DNA from: Octopus bimaculoides
Taxonomy: Eukaryota
Length of the DNA stretch: 61,160 nucleotides
Reading direction: 5' to 3'
Assembly: GCF_001194135.2 (NCBI RefSeq)
Contig: NC_068981.1
Location: 74,628,141 to 74,689,300 of the forward strand
Shown: positions 1 through 12,261 of the stretch, in pieces
Position numbering within the stretch: the stretch's first letter is position 1
Layout of the letters: the number at the start of each line of letters is the position of its first letter
Position numbers and translations under genes: made by a program
Notes under the pieces: model-generated
Databases searched by the model: none
The model's input: the letters and a program-made list of their open reading frames with translations, nothing else
What the model was told of the DNA's origin: nothing

Positions 1-4
1 AAGC

Positions 5-35
<31 letters not shown>

Positions 36-1269
36 GAAAGAGAGAGAGAGAGGAAAAGAAAAAAAAACACAGACAACATGACACATGATAAAGCTTGACC
101 TATCAATTACAGTTATTGTCCATGTGACTGGCTTTCATACAGTTTCCATGTACGAAATTTCAATTCTGGGGCTGCAGTACAGGTCATCTATTAGAGGTAC
201 CATCAAGCAGGACCAATTCTAAGACCCCACCCTAATTGTAACACTGTATTCTCAACCATTTGTCTTTGCCTGCACCATTTCATTAGAAAATTGTGTATGT
301 GAACAAGTTAACATGGAGTTGATCACTTACCAATTCGGATTTGAACTTATCACTAAATGTTAATTGTATGTTTTTTTAATTATAGTATTACCATATCTTA
401 AAATATAACAGACGTACCTATATTACCTAAATTATCATTAGATATAATAAATCACTGTTGCAGAATAAAAAATCTCGATCATTTTGGTCAGTAATGCTAC
501 ATTTTGTTAACTAATACTGATGCCATTTAATATGAAGGAATTGGGGAAAAAATGTATAAATTCTCCAAGAAAATTTGGTGAGATTTAATCAGAGGGTGTT
601 TATGTGATTCTTCATAAAAAAAGGACTAAGTGATTTTCTCACAAGTTATTCTTAGATAAACCTAAATATTTATGCTAGCAGTGAGGTGTATGTTGAGATA
701 AAGTGTACATGCAGGTTTGTGGGTATGGCTATGCTCACATTACTTTACTATATCTCAATACACACACACAAATCTACATATGCACGCACACATATACACA
801 CATGCATACACACTCATATGTTAATGATAGCCATCAGCAGGGCTGTTATATATTTTCAGTCGAATGTCTGTGATCTTTCTTGAATGGCAATAGCTATTAT
901 CCTCCCTTATTTAAACAAGGCAGAAGTCAATTAAAATTGCACTGAATTGCAGTTTGAGCTTTAATTAATTAAAATTAATAACAGTTTCACTGTTGATGAA
1001 AAGAAAGCATTATGAAAGTGTTATTATAAGTGGTTGATGTGTGAGGAGAATGCACAGAAAAGAGAGGACCTACTCTCATAGAGCCAACAAAATGGCCAAA
1101 TATACAAGTTTGATAGTAGTAATATTGATAGAGTGATTAATCCTTTTGTTAAAATACACTGCCTCTATCCCAATTAGTTTTGAAAATAATGAATTTAATG
1201 ATAATACCTTTGCCATTATTAAGCTTGTGTCTGAAACATTAACATGAAGTTTTGAGTTTACCTTAACCA

Positions 1270-1438
1270 GGTGCAGGATTGGGTGTGTAGTAAGTAGCTT
1301 GCTTACCAACCACATGGTTCTGGGTTCAGTCCCACTGCTTGGCACCTTGGGCAAGTGTCTTCTATTATAGCCTCAGGCCGACCAAAGCCTTGTGAGTGGA
1401 TTTGGTAGACGGAAACTGAAAGAAGCCTGTCGTATATA

Positions 1439-1469
<31 letters not shown>
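1270..1469 (+). mobile_element. tRNA-derived SINE (most abundant family here), head and core, runs into gap
   Basis: gggttcagtcccactg...gggcaagtgtcttct...ccaaagccttgtgagtggatttggtagacggaaactgaaagaagc plus (TG)(TA)n. Confidence 0.88.
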
Positions 1470-1899
1470 NNNNNNNNNNNNNNNNNNNNNNNNNNNNNNN
1501 NNNNNNNNNNNNNNNNNNNNNNNNNNNNNNNNNNNNNNNNNNNNNNNNNNNNNNNNNNNNNNNNNNNNNNNNNNNNNNNNNNNNNNNNNNNNNNNNNNNN
1601 NNNNNNNNNNNNNNNNNNNNNNNNNNNNNNNNNNNNNNNNNNNNNNNNNNNNNNNNNNNNNNNNNNNNNNNNNNNNNNNNNNNNNNNNNNNNNNNNNNNN
1701 NNNNNNNNNNNNNNNNNNNNNNNNNNNNNNNNNNNNNNNNNNNNNNNNNNNNNNNNNNNNNNNNNNNNNNNNNNNNNNNNNNNNNNNNNNNNNNNNNNNN
1801 NNNNNNNNNNNNNNNNNNNNNNNNNNNGTATATATTAACATCGGATTTTCATTAAAGATTTTAATTTTGATCATTTTAAAATAGGAAATTTGTATCATA

Positions 1900-2070
1900 G
1901 GTGCAGGAGTGGCTGTGTGATAAGTAGCTTGTTTACCAACTGCATGGTTCCAGGTTCAGTCCCATTGCATGACACCTTGGGCAAGTGTCTTCTCCTATAA
2001 CCTCGGGCCAACCAAAGCCTTGTGAGTGGATTTGGTAAACAGAAACTGACAGAAGCCTGTTGTATATATA

Positions 2071-2105
<35 letters not shown>

Positions 2106-2340
2106 GTTTGTGGTTTGTGTGTATATGTTTGTGTGTCTGTGTTTGTCCCCCCCCCTCCATCGCTTGACAACCGATGTTGGTGTGTTTACGTCTCCATAAC
2201 TTAGTGCTTCGGCAAAAGAGACTGATAGAATAAATACAAGGCTTACAAAGTATAAGTCCAGGGGTTGATTTGTTCGACCAAAGGCAGTGCTCCAGCATGG
2301 CCAGTGTCAAATGACTGAAACAAGTTAAAGAATAATAGAA
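1900..2340 (+). mobile_element. Full tRNA-derived SINE with internal microsatellite
   Basis: Same head, (TA)n/(TG)n middle, tail gctccagcatggcc..gactgaaacaagt. Confidence 0.88.
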
Positions 2341-3023
2341 TAACATTAAACTGGACGCAGGTTCAGGTTGGCTGGTATCAAAATGAGAAGCAGAAAAAGC
2401 AGCTGGGCTTTCAGCTGTGTTGCCAGACATACAGTATTTGGCATGGTGGAGCACAGTTATTTCAGATAGTACTGGAGAGTGTCATACTCAGTTACAGCTG
2501 TAAGCAGTATCATGATCCAACAACCACAAGAGCAAAGCAGATGAATGAGAGAGAAAAGAAATTGCAGAAGCAACAAGCTGATGGATTAGGTTATGACAGT
2601 CACTGAAAGAGCCTTAGCTCAATTGACTAGATCAAGAGTTATTCTAGATTAGATGCAGTGTGGATTTCTGCTGGGATGAGGCACTGCCAATGCTTTCTTT
2701 CATGTGTCATGACTTGAAGAGGAATTACTTAGCCATGAGCCAGCTCCTGTACCTGGAGAAAGCTTTTAAAACTAAGCCAAAAAAAAAAAAAAAATGATAC
2801 CTATAAGTGAGACTTGAACTCTGACTTGTCTAGGAGGGGATTAACTTTCAATATAGAAATTAGATGTAAAATGATGATATATACATGTGTGTGTGTGTGT
2901 GTGTGTGTGTAAGAAACCAAGCCAAATCAGACTGGAACCTGGAGCAGCCCTCTGGCTTGCCAACTCTGGTCAAACTGTCCATCCTATGCCAGCATGGGAA
3001 ATGTACGTTAAAGGATGATAATG

Positions 3024-3026
<3 letters not shown>

Positions 3027-3057
<31 letters not shown>

Positions 3058-3066
3058 CTCTCTCTC

Positions 3067-3116
<50 letters not shown>

Positions 3117-3160
3117 GTATATATATACGTATATATATACACACACACACACACATACAC
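3027..3160. repeat. Compound microsatellite (GT)n(CT)n(TA)n(CA)n
   Basis: Direct reading. Confidence 0.95.
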
Positions 3161-3451
3161 AAATACATGCATACACACAAGTACATACATTCATGTATAC
3201 AAGAGAGTTTGTTATACTGTCTTCAAAATTCTGACAGGCTCACTGACCTTTTTTCTGACAACAGCTGAATGTGCCATAAAAGTTGTCAAAAAGTTGGTTT
3301 AAAATATCCAAGTAATGTTAATGGTTATTTGTTGAAATAATTTTTCATTCTTATAGTTTCAATCTTCTACCAACATTCATTTACATTTAGCTCACTTAGA
3401 TTTTTCATACCACAGTTTCTTTCACACACTACAAATATATATTTATATATA

Positions 3452-3842
3452 TTCTTTTATTCTTTTACTTGTTTCAGTCATTTGACTGTGGCCATGCTGG
3501 AGCTCTGCCTTAAAGGGTTTAATTTGAAGAAATCCATCCCAGGACTTATTCTTTGTAAGCCCAGTACTTATTCTATCGGTCTCTTTTGCCGAACTGCTAA
3601 GTAACAGTGGCATAAACACACCAGCGTCAGTTGTCAAGCGATGGTGAGGACAAACACAGACACACACACACACATAAATATATATATATATGACAGGCTT
3701 CTTTCAGTTTTTGCCTACCACATCCACTCACTAGGCTTTGGTCAGTCTGAGGCTATTTTAGAAGACACTTGCCCATGGTGCCACTCAGTTGGACTGAACC
3801 CAGAACCATGTGGTTGGGAAGCAAGCTTCTTACCACACAGTC
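3452..3842 (-). mobile_element. Full tRNA-derived SINE (same family)
   Basis: Reverse complement of the 1900-2340 family. Confidence 0.85.
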
Positions 3843-3860
3843 TGATTCAGTTGCTTGCTA

Positions 3861-3904
<44 letters not shown>

Positions 3905-4347
3905 CGCACATATACATAGATATATATATGCATATATTTATATGCATGCATGTATGTATATATGTATATATATCATTATTTAACATCTGCCTTCTATGCT
4001 AGCTTGGGTTAAATGGTTTGACAAGAGCTGATGAGCCAAGCTATCTTAAGCTATAATGTCTGCTTTAGTATGGCTTGTACCACTGGATGCCCTTCCCAAT
4101 CCCAACCATTTTACAGAATGTACTGGATGTTTTTTACAGGGTGAATCAGATGGAATATGTTGAGGTAGATTTTCTGCTGCTGGATACGTTTTCTATTGCC
4201 AGCTTTTATTTGTTTTCAAGCAAGGTAAATATTTCCAGAAGTGGCCTCCAGACCATATAGTTGGGAAGCAAACTTGATAACTACAGAGCTATGTCTGCAC
4301 CATAATATGGAGAACAGATATTGAATAATGATGATTTTATATAAATA

Positions 4348-4733
4348 GTGGAGGCGCAATGGCCCAGTGGTTAGGGCAGTGGACTCGTGGTCATAGGATC
4401 GCGGTTTTGATTCCCAGACAGGGCGTTGTGAGTGTTTATTAAGCGAAAACACCTAAAGCTCCACGAGGCTCCGGCAGGGGATGGTGGCGAACCCTGCTGT
4501 ACTCTTTCACCACAACTTTCTCTCACTCTTACTGCCTGTTTCTGTTGTGCCTGTAATTCAAAGGGTCAGCCTTGTCACACTGTGTCACGCTGAATATCCC
4601 CGAGAACTACGTTAAAGGTAGACGTGTCTGTGGAGTGCTCAGCCACTTGCACGTTAATTTCATGAGCAGGCTGTTCCGTTGATTGGATCGACTGGAATCC
4701 TCGACGTCGTAAGCGACGGAGTGCCAACAATAA
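4348..4733 (+). mobile_element. Full-length tRNA-derived SINE with 10-bp TSD
   Basis: A-box tggcccagtgg, B-box ggttttgattccc, ccaacaa tail; TSD tatataaata at 4338-47 and 4734-43. Confidence 0.9.
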
Positions 4734-5214
4734 TATATAAATAAGGTTGTTGTGTAAGGCTGGAACAATATAAAAAGGTACAAAGTAAAATACAAAAGGA
4801 AAAGAAAAGTGAACAAAGTTGCAGTTTTACTTTGTATTTCTATATTTCTGGGTGAAGACTCCTTCTTCAGGACATTTGGAAAAAGTGCTACTTGGAAAAG
4901 GTCACTGGTCAGATGTGTGTTGCTCAGATTTTATACACACACACACATTTATATATTTTCCAGTCTTCTCTGGATGAGGGGAGCTGCTGGACATAATGTA
5001 ATGTCTTCATTTGACTGGTTACCAATTCCATACCCATGGCATTCTGCACATCTGCAGTGTATGATTATTATGATTGCCATGTAGCTCTGGGCTTCCTGAA
5101 ACAACTCTTGAGTTACAAAATTGCACGTTTTTGTGTTTTATTCTGTATCCTTTGTACTCTATGAAATTATATCAATATTTATATTGAGCTCAACTGTGTT
5201 TATCTCCATCACTA

Positions 5215-5219
<5 letters not shown>

Positions 5220-5273
<54 letters not shown>

Positions 5274-5363
5274 GTCTGCCTATATATATATATATATGTC
5301 TGCCTATATATATATATATGTCTGCCTATATATATATATATGTCTGCCTATATATATATATAT
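5220..5363. repeat. (TC)n, (TA)n and (TA)n-TGTCTGCC minisatellite running into a gap
   Basis: tgtctgcc recurs about every 22 nt. Confidence 0.9.
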
Positions 5364-6068
5364 NNNNNNNNNNNNNNNNNNNNNNNNNNNNNNNNNNNNN
5401 NNNNNNNNNNNNNNNNNNNNNNNNNNNNNNNNNNNNNNNNNNNNNNNNNNNNNNNNNNNNNNNNNNNNNNNNNNNNNNNNNNNNNNNNNNNNNNNNNNNN
5501 NNNNNNNNNNNNNNNNNNNNNNNNNNNNNNNNNNNNNNNNNNNNNNNNNNNNNNNNNNNNNNNNNNNNNNNNNNNNNNNNNNNNNNNNNNNNNNNNNNNN
5601 NNNNNNNNNNNNNNNNNNNNNNNNNNNNNNNNNNNNNNNNNNNNNNNNNNNNNNNNNNNNNNNNNNNNNNNNNNNNNNNNNNNNNNNNNNNNNNNNNNNN
5701 NNNNNNNNNNNNNNNNNNNNNNNNNNNNNNNNNNNNNNNNNNNNNNNNNNNNNNNNNNNNNNNNNNNNNNNNTTTACATTGCTTAAATTTAATTCTGTTA
5801 TAAACATTCTTTTCTATGTTTGGAATAGTTTTATAGATTTAGATAATTTGTTGGAATTTTGTTTGTATTGTGAGAGTTATCATTTTCGCTTTTGATGCCT
5901 TAGTTGTGAAAAAAAGGAGGCTGCAGACTTTCAAAATATAAAATTTTTTAACCTCAGACTAAAGACTGTGTGAGAATGCTTACAACAGAGTAAACTCTAC
6001 TAAAAGCTTCCAAGGGCCAAGGTAATGGTATTAAATTAGGATGACAGATTAGAACTCCCCCCACAACC

Positions 6069-6325
6069 ACTGGCTCGGGAATGAAATTCTTAGGGGGTGC
6101 AAACCCAGACCCCCAAATTTTTACAAACAAGTTTATGTTTTTTGTTTTATTTATTTATGTTCTTTGTTCTTTGAGAAGAAACCTAATACTTTTTACAGAT
6201 CATCTTTTACTCACTGTTTTCTAAATCTGAGAAAAGTAAGTAGGGGTGCAAATTTTGATTTTGCACACCACAATAATTTTAGGTGGTGCAAGTGCACCCC
6301 CTGCACCCTCCATTCCCAGGCCCAT
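6069..6325. mobile_element. Possible non-autonomous DNA transposon with ggggtgca-rich ends
   Basis: ggctcgggaatg...gggggtgca at left versus tgcaccccctgcaccctccattcccaggcc at right; imperfect IR. Confidence 0.4.
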
Positions 6326-6427
6326 GCCCACAGCCATTACACCTTCAACAGGTACAGTGTGATAAGTTTCTACTGAGTTTCAATATCCCTAGTTTCATTC
6401 AAGGATTGTGGTCAACTGAAGGCTATT

Positions 6428-7032
6428 CTAACTCTTTAGTATTCAGATTTCTCTGTTAAGTCCAACGATTATTTACTCTTTTACTCTTTTACTTGTTTCA
6501 GTCATTTGACTGCGGCCATGGTGGAGCACCGCCTTTAGTCGAGCAAGTCGACCCCAGAGCTTGTTCTTTGTAAGCCTAGTACTTATTCTATTGGTGCCTT
6601 TTTGCTGAACCGCTAAGTTATTGGGACGTAAACACACCAGCACCGATTGTCAAGCGATGTTGGGGGCACAAACACACACACACACACACACACACATATA
6701 TGACGAGTTTCTTTCAGTTTCCGTCTACCAAATCCACTCACAAGGCTTTGGTCGGCCCAAGACCATAGTAGAAGACACTTGCCCAAGGTGCAATGCAGTA
6801 GGACTGAACCCGGAACCATGTGGTTGGTAAGCAAGCTTTTTACCAGCCACTCCTACACCTATGTTATTCATGTTGTTTTGAATTAATCATGCATTATCTT
6901 GTAACATTGAGATTTCAGTGATGGGATTTTTTACTTTTAGAATTACATTGTAGGCTAGGTGTGAGATTCCAGATCTGGCTGGTTTGAGCATAAAACAGAT
7001 AGAATATTTGGGCCTGAATACTAAAGGGTTAA
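6428..7032 (+). mobile_element. TTAA-flanked MITE interrupted by a SINE
   Basis: ctaactctttagtattcagatt..., SINE at 6471-6862, then ...ttgaattaatcatgc...tactaaagggttaa. Confidence 0.75.
6471..6862 (-). mobile_element. Full tRNA-derived SINE (same family) nested in MITE
   Basis: (ttttactc)n tail at left, head ending cactcctacacctat at right. Confidence 0.88.
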
Positions 7033-7603
7033 AGCAAAATTTGTGTAAAGTAATATGCATGAATTAGCAGTGTAAATAGATTGCATGACAAAATGCCTTG
7101 TGGTATTTGTTTCAGTCTTCTGTGTTCTGGGTTCAAATCCTGCTCAGATCAAGTTTGCAGAGTCAATAAAATTGCATGTCAGTCCAGGCTGGTGGATATG
7201 CAGGATTATTAGAGTACTAAACAAGATGTCTTGTATTTTTTCCAATTCTTCGTGAATCCTGCTAAAGGCACACAAGAATCTGGTTCTTGGGTACCTTAAT
7301 CTGAATTCACTTTCTTGCAAATATCTGTGTCAGAGTTTTAATTTGAGGATAACTCCTTCCTTTTCTCGTACTAGTCTTGGGACCCCTCAAAAATATATAG
7401 GATCATGGATACTACCCTTTGTTCTCTAACCAGTTCGAACATGTATTGAGCATGTTCAAACTGATAATAACATTAAAATTTCACTTAGCACTGCATAGCA
7501 CTCCCTCTCTCTAATTTACTTCCGGTGAGCCACCATATAGTTCTGCCTGTCACCATACGATGACTGGAAAAGCATAAGAGAGGTAATGTCTTCAATCAGC
7601 TCC

Positions 7604-7687
7604 TAGCGCTGCCTGCCTAGTGTCTGGAGACAGACGACACAACTACTCTGAAGTGCTAACAGCTCACAGTCTGGGTAGGTGGCACTG
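7604..7687 (+). ncRNA. Degenerate hammerhead (first tandem copy)
   Basis: Homolog of the 7943-8032 motif with core mutated (CAGACGA, GAAG, AGC); distal helix tagcgctgcctg/taggtggcactg largely retained. Confidence 0.55.
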
Positions 7688-7942
7688 CAAATTGATCTAG
7701 GTGTATACACACCATTTGTCAACAAGTGAGATATATTCTCCGTGACAAAACGCAGTGAGTAGCTTGTTCCCCAGTTCGAACATGCATTGAGCACATTCGG
7801 ACTGATAATAACATTGCAATTTCGCTTATCATTGCTTAGCGCTCCCACTCCATAATTTACTTATGTGAGTAGCCATATAGCACTACCAGCCACTGTATGA
7901 TGACTGGAAAAACATAAGAAAGTCAATCTCTTAATTTAGCCT

Positions 7943-8032
7943 GTAGTGTCATCTGCTTAGTGTCTGTGACTGATGAGGAGGTAACTATTCTGAAATGTTA
8001 ACATCTCACTGTCTGAATAGATGGCGCTGCGA
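7943..8032 (+). ncRNA. Type I hammerhead ribozyme, intact core
   Basis: Helix I gtga(7967-70)/tcac(8007-10); CUGAUGA 7971-77; helix II ggag/ttct around loop gtaacta; GAAA 7993-96; palindromic helix III tgttaaca; AUC site 8004-06; distal helix I 7943-56/8019-32. Confidence 0.8.
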
Positions 8033-8520
8033 GCTGATCTAGGTGTATATACACTATTTGTCAACAAGCAAGATATATTTTTCATGACAAAATGCAGTGA
8101 ATATATATATATGTATACATGTTCATATATATATATATATACATATATAGATATATATACATATATATNNNNNNNNNNNNNNNNNNNNNNNNNNNNNNNN
8201 NNNNNNNNNNNNNNNNNNNNNNNNNNNNNNNNNNNNNNNNNNNNNNNNATATATATAATGTATCTATGTATGTATCTGAGTAAGACACTTTAGTTATATA
8301 AACCATTTTGATGTATTGTTAGGAAATTTCTACTACTACAAATACTTGCTTTCCTGTGACTTGAATGCCTTGTACAATGTAAACACTAAATCTTTACAAA
8401 GAATCTGGTACTGACTTTCACCAATTGAGGAGTTAGACTGGTTGCTTTTCTTTCCTTTGGTGGCTTCTTCAACCAAACTAGTTCCATAAACTAAATTTCT
8501 ATATTCCCTTGAATAACATA

Positions 8521-8823
8521 AAGGTGCATGACTCAGTGATTAGAGCATTGGGCTCACAATTATGCAATTGCTGGACCGGACTGTGTGTTGTGTTTTTGAG
8601 CAAAACACTTTATTCCATGTTGCTCCAATTCTCTCATCTGTAGAAATGAGTTGCGACATCACTAGTGCCAAGCTGTATTGACCTTTCCCTTGGATAACAT
8701 TGGTGGCATGGAGAGGGGAGTTTGGTATGCTTAGCTGACTGTTGGTCTTCCATAAACAACCTTACTTGGATGGGGAATTTTCTAGGTGCAATCCCATGGT
8801 CATTCATAATCGAAGGGAGTCCT
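8521..8823 (+). mobile_element. tRNA-derived CORE-like SINE
   Basis: tRNA-like head; tgagcaaaacactttattccatgttgctccaatt..catctgtagaaatgag core; 3' aggtgcaatcccatggtcattc. Confidence 0.8.
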
Positions 8824-9571
8824 ATCCTATATGGATAACGTGAGTTATGTGAGCATCTACAGCAGCTAGGTCATACCTCACCATATGACTTGGAAACATA
8901 AAGAAGGGATGATGAAAGCTTGGAGACCCTAGGATCATGGTCATGTTGGACAGACAGACCTGGATTAAAAGAAAAGGTAATATTAATAATGCTATGTAGG
9001 GTTCTTGATTGTGGGGATTACTTTGTATTGTGTATATAGGATCATATTGTGTCTATGTGTATTGTGATCATCGTTGAACATCCATTTTCCATGCTGACGT
9101 GGGTTTGATGGCTTGACTGGTTCTGGTAAGGTCAGGGGCTGCACCAGTTTCCATCGTCTATTTTGGTGTGGTTTCTATGGCTGGATGCCCAAAATACATG
9201 TGTATGCATCTTACAAACTATCTGAGTGTTGCTTCTGTAGTCATTTATGACTAGTTGCTGCTTGTGATGATTATGAATGTAGATCATTAAAATGAATTAA
9301 AAGAAGATAAAACATAAAAAAATTGATTGAAAATATTTTATTGCTTGAAAGTTAATCAGAATAGATTATCAGGAAGGTATCCAACTTATGATGCAAAGCT
9401 TCTACTGTTTCATCTGCCAATAATAATACTACCTTGTATGTGTGTATGTGTATGCATGCATGTGTCAACAAGTGAATCATTACTTGGCAGCTAAACATGC
9501 TAAAAATAGCAACCAAATCTTCCTCAACCCACACCTTTCTGTCTTATGTATGTGTGCATGTCCACACATCT

Positions 9572-9604
<33 letters not shown>

Positions 9605-10314
9605 TTGTATGTATACATAAGCCAGCAAGAGAGACCTGTTTGGGAGTCTGACCTGCTAGAAATAGTAACCAAACCTATCTCAAGATCACATTCTACTATC
9701 TTATATTAAATGTTGCTTTAAAGAATACCTGGGTTTTATGCTTGCTTGTCTAAAATAAAAATCCTGCAAACTTGTTTGTATAAGTACATTTTAAACAGTA
9801 AAAAAAAAAAAAAGAAACATGAAAAAAAAAGTGTTGTAGCACTAGTAAACTTCAGTGTTGATAATGCTGGTAACTTTTTATGACATTATCTGCAACATCC
9901 TGTACAATGCTCTATACAATTGTTCTGTAAATGTGTAACTGAATAGCAGATCAAACTAATATTCAGTGTCAAGGTAAAACATGACTATGACAAAATACTA
10001 TATCAATTTCTTTTTAGAAAGCTCCCAATTATAAGAACTGAAATTTAATACTTAACTAATTTGATATAAATGTTTGATATAAACCATATCAAACAATCAT
10101 TATTATACACACACCCACAAATGTGAAGCTCAAACAATATGAACCAGTGTTGCAGTTGGTAGTGTTTCATCATAACTGGGTGTCTCTCTGGTGAATGCTT
10201 CACTTTACTCCTATGAAAACAGCCCTTCCACAATGCTCAATAGAGGCCAGCATTCAGATACTGATCCTATATTTTGTACAGTACTGTTGTTTATATTTGC
10301 AGTCTTAGTCTGAG

Positions 10315-10541
10315 TTAACCCTTTTGCATTAAGATTACTCTGTCAAATGCATCACTTATTTATTCACATCGTTTTGTATTAATCATGCATTACTACGTAG
10401 CTTTGAGATTTTGAAGAAGATCTGATTGTTTATCTTTAGAATGACATTGTAGGTTATGTGTAAGAAGCAGGATCTGACCATTCTGAACATAAAACAGAAT
10501 ATTTTGGCTGGATATGGCCAGTTTAAATACTAAAAGTTTAA
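10315..10541 (+). mobile_element. TTAA-flanked MITE of about 228 bp (piggyBac-like)
   Basis: ttaacccttttgcatt...tactaaaagtttaa; shares body with other copies in the window. Confidence 0.75.
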
Positions 10542-10629
10542 AAGAGTGACTATTTGCTCACTAACACACCCCAATCCCTGGCCCACAAAAATCCAACCTC
10601 TCTTTCTACAATTTTGATCACAAACACAT

Positions 10630-10825
10630 ATAGATGTATATATATACATATACATATATACGACAAGCTTCTTTCAGTTTCCGTCTACCAAATCCACTCA
10701 CAAGGCTTTGGTCGGCCCGAGGCTATAGTAGTAGACACTTGTCCAATGTGCCACGCAGTGGGACTGAACCCGGAACCATGTGGTTGGTAAGCAAGCTACT
10801 TACAACACAGCCACTCCTGCGCCTA
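10630..10825 (-). mobile_element. SINE head and core (same family)
   Basis: tttcagtttccgtctaccaaatccactcacaaggctttggtcggcccgagg...cagccactcctgcgcctat. Confidence 0.88.
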
Positions 10826-12261
10826 TTTTTTCTGCTCATATTTTTTTCAGCAGGTATACACTTAACAAAGGCTCAAATATTAATTTCATTAATTTAGAAG
10901 GCCTGCAAATGTTCTGGGGCATTGTCCCTCCTTCTAAACCCAGCCATTAAAAGGTATAAAATAGGAAAAAGGAAAGGAAATTACAAATTCTTGCCATATT
11001 GTTTTTGTATACTATTTATGCTTCGTAACATGATTAGTATACAGTAATTAGTGTTAACCTTTGTGGAATCTATTTTATCAGCTCCAGATGGCCTAATGAA
11101 ACATGGCAAAATTCAACCTTTAAGATTTTAATCTGAAGCACCATGCACCAAAATATATGTGCATTATAAATAATCTGGCTTTTTTTTCCAACTTTTATTC
11201 TATCTAATAAGACTTGCCAGATCCTTTATTTCTTCTACTTAAGACTATTATTTATTAGAATTTGATAAGAATGTTTGAAATTCTCCACTTGTCAAAAAAT
11301 TTAATCAATCTTATCTAGCCATACAGTTTTTACAGTTGAGGATTATTTATGTTTGTTTTGAATTTATCCATTGTCAGATTATGTTTGAAATGTTGGTAAA
11401 GAACTTGTTTATATGAAAACAGGTTGAAGTCACTTGTGGTAATGTTGTTGTGTTTGTTGTTCTTGTTGTTCTATTTTGATTCTTCACTGTCTATAAAAAG
11501 GTTTTTAGGAAAGGAATTTTTCAATATATATGGTTTTTTTTCTTCTTCTTAAAACAGTAGGGAATAGTTTGATGAGGATTTGGTTACTAGTTCTATCAGC
11601 TTGAATGACTTCATAGATGCTCCCTTGCTGAATTGAAATAACTTGAAAGAAATTTAAAACAGTTGAAGTTTGCCCCCCCCCCCAAAAAAAAACCAACAAC
11701 AAACAAACAAAAGCAAGAAAGACGTTGATTGGTGTATAAAGGGTCCTTTTGTATCTGTCATGGGTCCCAGTTTCCATATTAAAGACCTTATAAATCAACA
11801 TATTAACAACACATGGCCAACAAAGTTTGCCTGTTTCAAATGTGAATCTCATATTCTTGCTTGTGTTCCTTCTGACAAACATGGCCTCTGTCTCGTTATT
11901 TAAAAAAAAATAAAATCTTATTTAATTTCTTCCATATGTAAAGACCAGTTCAACCCAGAATTTTTGCTTTGTCTCTACTTCTTATACTCTTACTACTACT
12001 AATTCCAGAGCCGTTATGACTTAACCTACCTAGATTTCCGTATTATACACAGTTGTTTCAAATTCTGCTAAGTTTGATTTCATTTATTATCCTTCCAGGG
12101 TTCATCAGATACTCACCAGTTAAATAATAGGACCAATAGATTGACTGTTCCCTTTCTCAAAATGACTCTGTGTCAGCATTAGGAATCCTTATTACACTCA
12201 ATGGTAAATTAGTGTATGTATGTGTGTGTATTTATTTAAGTCACAGTATATAGATTCAAGT

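Larger units (their letters stand above)
7419..8103 (+). mobile_element. Tandem dimer (unit about 341-343 nt) with one hammerhead motif per unit; non-LTR retrozyme-like
   Basis: cagttcgaac recurs at 7431 and 7772, and gatctaggtgtata and tgcagtga/cgcagtga recur at the same period. HHR core is degenerate at 7631 and intact at 7971. Confidence 0.75.

Noticed and set aside
4348-4425. tRNA-like sequences with A/B boxes here and at other SINE heads
   Set aside because: Continue into SINE bodies with TSDs; no complete cloverleaf.
7419-8103. CRISPR-like or simple satellite interpretation of the tandem units
   Set aside because: Eukaryotic intron; whole ~340-nt units are homologous with no repeat-spacer pattern.
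11505-11903. 125-aa and 77-aa ORFs
   Set aside because: No recognisable domain, low-complexity stretches, no splice support.
12040-12115. Minus-strand CTGATGA...GAAAC
   Set aside because: Helices I and II do not pair; treated as chance. Same for ctgatga/ctgaaga hits near 4027, 20584, 22925, 40916 and 46906.
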